Shown piece by piece: positions 16,549 to 21,469 of a stretch of DNA of 21,469 bases (positions within the stretch are counted from its first letter, which is position 1; every line of letters begins with the position of its first letter). The position numbers and the translations under genes were made by a program. This stretch comes from Promethearchaeota archaeon (lineage in GTDB: Archaea > Asgardarchaeota > Hermodarchaeia > Hermodarchaeales > Hermodarchaeaceae), in assembly GCA_048938385.1 (NCBI GenBank), contig JBHLMG010000030.1, positions 1 to 21,469 of the forward strand. The letters run 5' to 3'. Under the pieces are notes generated by a model. The model saw only the letters and a program-made list of their open reading frames with translations. It did no database searches and had not been told where the DNA came from.

Positions 16549-17415
16549 TCAGCGTTGTTGATTCAATCGCGTTAGCAATCGTTCCACAATTTTATGGAAA
16601 GCTTTAGCGACTGGTGCTTCTTTTGATGAGACGATGAAGGGTTTGCCTTCATCAGAGAGCGTCATGACGCGATGGTCGAAGGGAAGTTCTCCGAGGAAAT
16701 ATAGGTTGAGTTCTTTGGCAGCGGCTTTACCACCGCCTTTACCAAAGAGGTTAGTTACCTCACCGCAATGGGGGCAATGGAACCCGGACATGTTCTCAAT
16801 GAGACCGAGAACAGGGATGTTCAATTGGCGGACGAAGTTGGCGGCTTTTCGCGAGTCGAGGAGGGCGACTTCTTGGGGGGTAGTTACGACGATGGCGCCA
16901 TCGAGGTCAGGAAGGAGTTGCATAATACTGAGGGATTCATCACCAGTACCGGGTGGGAGATCGATGATGAGGTAGTCGAGGTTCCCCCAGTTGACTTTAG
17001 ACAGGAATTCACTAATGACCCGCATTTTAAGAGGACCACGCCAGATGACCGGTGTATCAGGACTGTGAAGAAGGAATTCCATCGAGACGGTGAGAATGTT
17101 GAGTGGGCCAATCACGGGCTCTAATCCTGCATCACTGCCAATCATGCGTAGACCCTCTAAGCCGAGCATTTTGGGTACATCAGGGCCGGTGATATCAGCG
17201 TCGAGAACACCGACTACATGACCACGCCAGGCAAGAGCTGTGGCGAGGTTGACAGCGACTGTGGTTTTACCCACGCCTCCCTTTCCTGAAAGCACAGCAA
17301 TTTTGTGTTTGATTTGACTCATTCGTTTTGCGATCTCTTGATCTGCGTTAGTTTGAGTGCCGACCATGAGATCTTTAGGGATTCTACCAGAGGGTTTGGA
17401 AGAAGAGTGGTTCAT
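16549..17415 (-). CDS. mrp: Mrp/ApbC/Nbp35 Fe-S cluster carrier ATPase
   Basis: [44 protein letters not shown]. Confidence 0.94.
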   Translation of the reverse strand: MNHSSSKPSGRIPKDLMVGTQTNADQEIAKRMSQIKHKIAVLSGKGGVGKTTVAVNLATALAWRGHVVGVLDADITGPDVPKMLGLEGLRMIGSDAGLEPVIGPLNILTVSMEFLLHSPDTPVIWRGPLKMRVISEFLSKVNWGNLDYLIIDLPPGTGDESLSIMQLLPDLDGAIVVTTPQEVALLDSRKAANFVRQLNIPVLGLIENMSGFHCPHCGEVTNLFGKGGGKAAAKELNLYFLGELPFDHRVMTLSDEGKPFIVSSKEAPVAKAFHKIVERLLTRLNQQR

Positions 17416-17562
17416 GAAAAAATGCCTTCACTTCACTGTGGACCTTACGTGAGGCTTATGGTGACGCACTTTTAATCTTCCGCATAGGCGACTCAACGGA
17501 AACCTCAAAACCGAGGATGTTCTATGGTAGGGCTAGTCGCTCTCCATAAGGTAGGTGGTTTG

Positions 17563-18258
17563 ATGGTAAGCGTGATTGCACACCGGGGTAGTGGTGTTGG
17601 TCCGCTAGAAAACACTCTGCGAGGAATGAAACAAGCGCTGGCTTGGGGAGTCGATGGGGTGGAATTTGATGTGTGGGCTTCACAAGATGACGAGGTAATC
17701 GTGTTTCATGACGAGACAGTTGACCGCACAACGAATGGTACCGGACTTGTATCATCGTATTCGCTCACTGAATTAAAGCAACTTAATGCCGGGGAAGGAG
17801 AGTCAATTCCTACCTTAAAGGAGATGTTAATGCTGTTGACCCCCCATGAACATCTGCTCATCAATATTGAAATTAAAGCCCCAGACATTGAAGAATCGGT
17901 GCTGCAAATTGTCCAAGAATTCAAGGTTTTGAAGCGGACTGTGATTTCGGCATTTAGCTCTGATGTGCTGCAGCGCGTGCATGCTCTGAATGCCGATGCG
18001 TCGTGTGCCCTGTTATATACGGCTATGAAGGACCCGATTGACTTGGCAAAGGATGTGGGTTGTACCGGGCTCCATCCACTCTTCCAAGCCGTTACTAACG
18101 AGCTGGTTTCAGCGTGCAGAGAAGAGGGAATGCATGTGATTCCATGGACTGTGAATTTTGAAGAAGAAATGCTGCGGTTAATCGTATTGGGTGTCGATGG
18201 TATAATCACAGATGTCCCCCCTCTTCTGCTAGATTTAATGTATCCTGATTGGAGTTGA
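17563..18258 (+). CDS. Glycerophosphodiester phosphodiesterase
   Basis: IAHRG, ENT, EFDV, HD..VDRTTNG, NIEIK, PWTVN, GVDGIITD. ATG at 17563 preferred over 17524. Confidence 0.93.
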   Translation: MVSVIAHRGSGVGPLENTLRGMKQALAWGVDGVEFDVWASQDDEVIVFHDETVDRTTNGTGLVSSYSLTELKQLNAGEGESIPTLKEMLMLLTPHEHLLINIEIKAPDIEESVLQIVQEFKVLKRTVISAFSSDVLQRVHALNADASCALLYTAMKDPIDLAKDVGCTGLHPLFQAVTNELVSACREEGMHVIPWTVNFEEEMLRLIVLGVDGIITDVPPLLLDLMYPDWS

Positions 18259-18259
18259 A

Positions 18260-19330
18260 GTGATGCAGTCGTTGCTTCGAGAACTGGTTTTTGCCGATGG
18301 TCCCCCAGGTCGAGAGGAAGAAGTCCGAGAAATTATTATTCGCGAGGTGACGCCTCTGATGGATTCCCTCGATGTGGATGATCTAGGTAACATCATTGCT
18401 CGTCGTGAAGGAGCCTCAGAGAAGACCTTCATGTTAATGGCCCATCAAGATGAGGATTGGGCGTTGCTGACTACGCATATCGATGACGATGGTTTTGTAA
18501 GATTTACTCGGCTCGTAGGTCACCGCTGGAACCTGCTGGGACAACGGGTTTTCATCCACGGGAAGAAAGGAAAGGTTCTGGGTGTTGTGGGCATTCCAGC
18601 GCCCCATTTGATTCCGCTATCAGAACAACAACAGGGTTACGAACCAAGAATTGAGGATATGTTCATTGACTGTGGTGCCCGCGATAGGAATGAAGCCGAC
18701 GATTTAGGAGTAGCAGTCGGTCAGCCGGTTACCGCGCAGAAACATTTCAGTGAACTAACCCAGGGTCGCTTGCTTGGGAACTGCTTTGATGATCGCGCAG
18801 GAGTAGCTATCATGATTGAAACTTTGCGTCGAATTCACACGCAGAGAATAAGGATGAATCTTGTCGCCGTAGCGTCAGTTCAAGAAGAGGTGGGAACCCG
18901 TGGTGCTTCACCTGTGACGTTTCGCGTGGAACCTGACTACGCTATTGCCCTTGATGTCTCACCCACAGGCGATCATCCAAACATCAAGGCACACATGGTT
19001 CCAGTACGACTAGGTAAAGGGCCTGCGCTCTTGCAAACAGATCAGTACCATGTGACGGCACAACCCTTGAACAACTGGCTTCTGCAGCTAGCGGAGTCCT
19101 TGAAGCTTCCGCTCCAAAATGTAGCCCTTCGCACACCAATTCACTTTGGGACGGATGCGGCGGCTGTTGAATTAGTTAAAAAAGGTTGTAAGGTTACTGC
19201 GCTGCTCTTGCCGACGAGGTACTTCCATACTGCCAATGCTGTGATTGACTACGCTGATATGGAAGCAATGGTTCAATTACTCGTAAAAGGGCTTCAATCC
19301 CTTGGTCAGCTTGAAGCAGTGGTAAAGTAG
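18260..19330 (+). CDS. M42 family (TET-like) metallo-aminopeptidase
   Basis: PGREEEVR, DDLGNII, AHQDE, FDDRAG, QEEVG, IALDV, GTDA, TRYFHT. Confidence 0.9.
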   Translation: MMQSLLRELVFADGPPGREEEVREIIIREVTPLMDSLDVDDLGNIIARREGASEKTFMLMAHQDEDWALLTTHIDDDGFVRFTRLVGHRWNLLGQRVFIHGKKGKVLGVVGIPAPHLIPLSEQQQGYEPRIEDMFIDCGARDRNEADDLGVAVGQPVTAQKHFSELTQGRLLGNCFDDRAGVAIMIETLRRIHTQRIRMNLVAVASVQEEVGTRGASPVTFRVEPDYAIALDVSPTGDHPNIKAHMVPVRLGKGPALLQTDQYHVTAQPLNNWLLQLAESLKLPLQNVALRTPIHFGTDAAAVELVKKGCKVTALLLPTRYFHTANAVIDYADMEAMVQLLVKGLQSLGQLEAVVK

Positions 19331-19332
19331 GG

Positions 19333-19884
19333 TTATTCGATGAGACCAAGGTCCCGCATATGATCAGCAAGCAAGTAAATGGCTTTGCGAGTAATTGTTT
19401 CTTTGTTAGTTCCTGCGCAGACGATGCGACCGCTGCTAAAGATGAGGAACACTGCTTTGGGTGTTTTCATCCGGTAGATAAGGCCGGGAAACACTTCGGG
19501 TTCATAGAGGCATCGTTCGAGGGCCATCTGCGCCATGTCGAGGTCGACGCGGCTGTGGAGATCCCCTGAGGCAACGATATTTTGTATCGTGATTTTGGGT
19601 GTTCCGCTCACGGTGATGCCCGCTTTACGGATTTTCGCTATGACATTTTCGACAGCAAGTTCAGCTTCACTTTCTCGGCGTAAGCCGGTGATGACCATTC
19701 GACCACTATTGAAGACGAGGATAGTGGCTTTTGGAGATTTGACGCGAAGCATCAATCCAGGGAATTGTTCAGGGTTGTATTCGGCATCGCGTTGTTTTCG
19801 GGCAAGGAGATTTAGATCAATTTTAGCATCGACTTCGACGCTTGCAACTACATTTTCAATCTTGTATTTTGGACGCTTTGGCAC
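19333..19884 (-). CDS. tbp: TATA-box-binding protein
   Basis: Two TBP repeats: IENVVAS...YNPEQFPGL...FNSGRMVITG and IQNIVAS...YEPEVFPGL...FSSGRIVCAG. GTG at 19884 follows GGAGG. Confidence 0.97.
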   Translation of the reverse strand: MPKRPKYKIENVVASVEVDAKIDLNLLARKQRDAEYNPEQFPGLMLRVKSPKATILVFNSGRMVITGLRRESEAELAVENVIAKIRKAGITVSGTPKITIQNIVASGDLHSRVDLDMAQMALERCLYEPEVFPGLIYRMKTPKAVFLIFSSGRIVCAGTNKETITRKAIYLLADHMRDLGLIE

Positions 19885-19988
19885 AGGTATACCTCCCAAA
19901 GGCGAGTGGGCTTTTTTAAGGCTTTATATACCCCTTAAGTGAGAGCGATGGTCCTTATAAACTTTATATAGAAAAGCAGAAGCCGCTG

Positions 19989-20030
19989 AAAAAAAGAAAG
20001 AGGGGGTGTCCAGCTCCTAACGGAGCTGGA
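19989..20030 (-). terminator. Stem-loop plus pyrimidine/U tract terminator of cdc48
   Basis: TCCAGCTCC/GGAGCTGGA 9-bp stem with 4-nt loop (20009-20030), followed on the minus strand by CACCCCCTCTTTCTTTTTTT. Confidence 0.7.
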
Positions 20031-20050
20031 TGGATACCCGTGATGTTACA

Positions 20051-21469
20051 CTACGCATAGGGACCAGGGGTGGTTTCGATGGCATCACGTTTTGTAGACA
20101 TGTCGGCAATGTATTCTTCGTAAGCTTTCAGCATTTCTTGGGTGATGCTGGGTTTGATCTTCTCTAAAGCGACTTTGAAGTGCTTGGCTTTAACGGTGGT
20201 TAACTTTTCTTCTGTACGAATGGCGAACATACCAGCTTCTCGTATGAGGTTAGCGAGGTCGGCTCCAGAGTAGCCTTCGGTGGTTTTTGCAAGTTCTGAA
20301 AGGCTTACATCCTTGTCTAGAGGCATCCCACGAGTGTGAACTTGAAGAATTTCAAGGCGTGCATCTTTGTCTGGTGGGGGAACAAGGATGATGCGGTCGA
20401 AGCGTCCGGGTCGAAGGAGCGCGCGATCAATGATTTCTGGACGATTTGTAGCTGCAATGACAACGACATTTTTCAATTCCTCCATTCCATCAAGTTCAGC
20501 TAAGAGCTGGTTGAGGACGGATTCGTACACATGACTGCCATGCCATTGTCCTCGGGAGGGAGCGAGGCTGTCAAGTTCATCAAAGAAGATGATGCTGGGA
20601 GCGACTTGCCGAGCCTTTCGGAAAATTTTCCGGATACCTTTTTCGGATTCGCCTACCCATTTACTGAAAATTTCGGGTCCGCGAATGGCGATGAAGTTGG
20701 CTTCACTTTCCGTGGCCACAGCTTTGGCAAGTAGAGTTTTTCCTCCGCCAGGTGGTCCGACAAGGAGGATGCCTTTGGGTGGTTGAATCCCTACTTTCTC
20801 GAATTTAGCGGGGTATTTTAGTGGCCATTCAACGGCTTCACGGAGTTCGCCTTGGACATCTTTTAGTCCACCGACATCATCCCAGGTGACTTTGGGGATT
20901 TCAAGGTAGACTTCACGCATAGCTGACGGTTCAGCACGGCGAAGCGCTTCATCGAAATCATCGTTGGTCACCTCAAGCTCTTCTAAGACTTCAGGGGCGA
21001 GGGGACGATCTTCGTCTAAGTTGATTTTGGGCAGGATTCGTCTGAGAGTGTTCATCGCAGCCTCACGAGCTATTGCGGCGAGATCGGCGCCTACCATCCC
21101 GTGCGTTGCATCGGCAAGGAGATCGAGGTTTACATCCTTAGAGAGGGGCATACCTCGTGTGTGGATAAGGAGAATATCCTTACGACCGTTGCGTGTGGGT
21201 ACAGGTAGTTCGATTTCACGGTCGAAGCGTCCTGGACGACGTAGTGCGGGATCCAGGGCGTCTTGACGATTGGTGGCAGCGATGACGATGACGCGTCCGC
21301 GTCCTTGGAGGCCATCCATGAGGGCGAGGAGCTGAGCGACGACACGGCGTTCTACTTCCCCTTGAACATCTTCGCGTTTAGGCGCGATGCTGTCAAGTTC
21401 ATCGATGAAGATGATGCTGGGGGCGTTCTTTTCGGCTTCCTCGAAGATTTGGCGGAGGCGTTTTTCGGA
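20051..21469 (-). CDS. cdc48: Cdc48/VAT AAA+ ATPase, 3' part (5' end outside window)
   Basis: Frame is open to the window edge ([33 protein letters not shown]...). D1 [17 protein letters not shown]; D2 Walker A GPPGGGKT and Walker B IFFDE; C-terminal PYA. Confidence 0.96.
   Translation of the reverse strand, partial: SEKRLRQIFEEAEKNAPSIIFIDELDSIAPKREDVQGEVERRVVAQLLALMDGLQGRGRVIVIAATNRQDALDPALRRPGRFDREIELPVPTRNGRKDILLIHTRGMPLSKDVNLDLLADATHGMVGADLAAIAREAAMNTLRRILPKINLDEDRPLAPEVLEELEVTNDDFDEALRRAEPSAMREVYLEIPKVTWDDVGGLKDVQGELREAVEWPLKYPAKFEKVGIQPPKGILLVGPPGGGKTLLAKAVATESEANFIAIRGPEIFSKWVGESEKGIRKIFRKARQVAPSIIFFDELDSLAPSRGQWHGSHVYESVLNQLLAELDGMEELKNVVVIAATNRPEIIDRALLRPGRFDRIILVPPPDKDARLEILQVHTRGMPLDKDVSLSELAKTTEGYSGADLANLIREAGMFAIRTEEKLTTVKAKHFKVALEKIKPSITQEMLKAYEEYIADMSTKRDAIETTPGPYA

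Noticed and set aside
2850-21345. Remaining short ORFs nested in or antisense to called genes
   Set aside because: They overlap well-supported CDSs and show no independent motifs.
14896-21469. Eukaryotic-signature or novel system in the nuoH-like to cdc48 stretch
   Set aside because: All are standard archaeal housekeeping families. The Cdc48 C-terminal PYA is only HbYX-like, a known feature of archaeal Cdc48.

Overview
Archaeal DNA (TBP, Cdc48, Mrp/Nbp35, M42 peptidase, PGF-type sorting signal; the gene styles suggest an Asgard lineage, which is inference). The window opens in the 3' end of a group 4 [NiFe]-hydrogenase large subunit gene (DPCFSCTDR, stop at 260). The NuoH-like and NuoI-like partner subunits appear only at 14.9-16.5 kb, after about 14.6 kb of accessory genes. 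The main signal lies outside the annotated ORFs: five intergenic gaps (2353-2424, 4589-4716, 6462-6542, 7781-7837, 8439-8570) each hold a diverged, 5'-truncated, same-strand copy of the hydrogenase gene's last 18-43 codons, all ending W-[R/Q]-R-stop. They divide the region into cassettes: a LAGLIDADG-like endonuclease; a circularly permuted ABC solute-binding protein; an HTH regulator plus membrane protein; an LLM/F420-type oxidoreductase; msrB; and a distal block. This looks like an integrase-free gene-capture array built by repeated replacement of the hydrogenase C-terminal tail, which in the E. coli homolog HycE is a propeptide cleaved on maturation. The right third of the window is ordinary housekeeping sequence.
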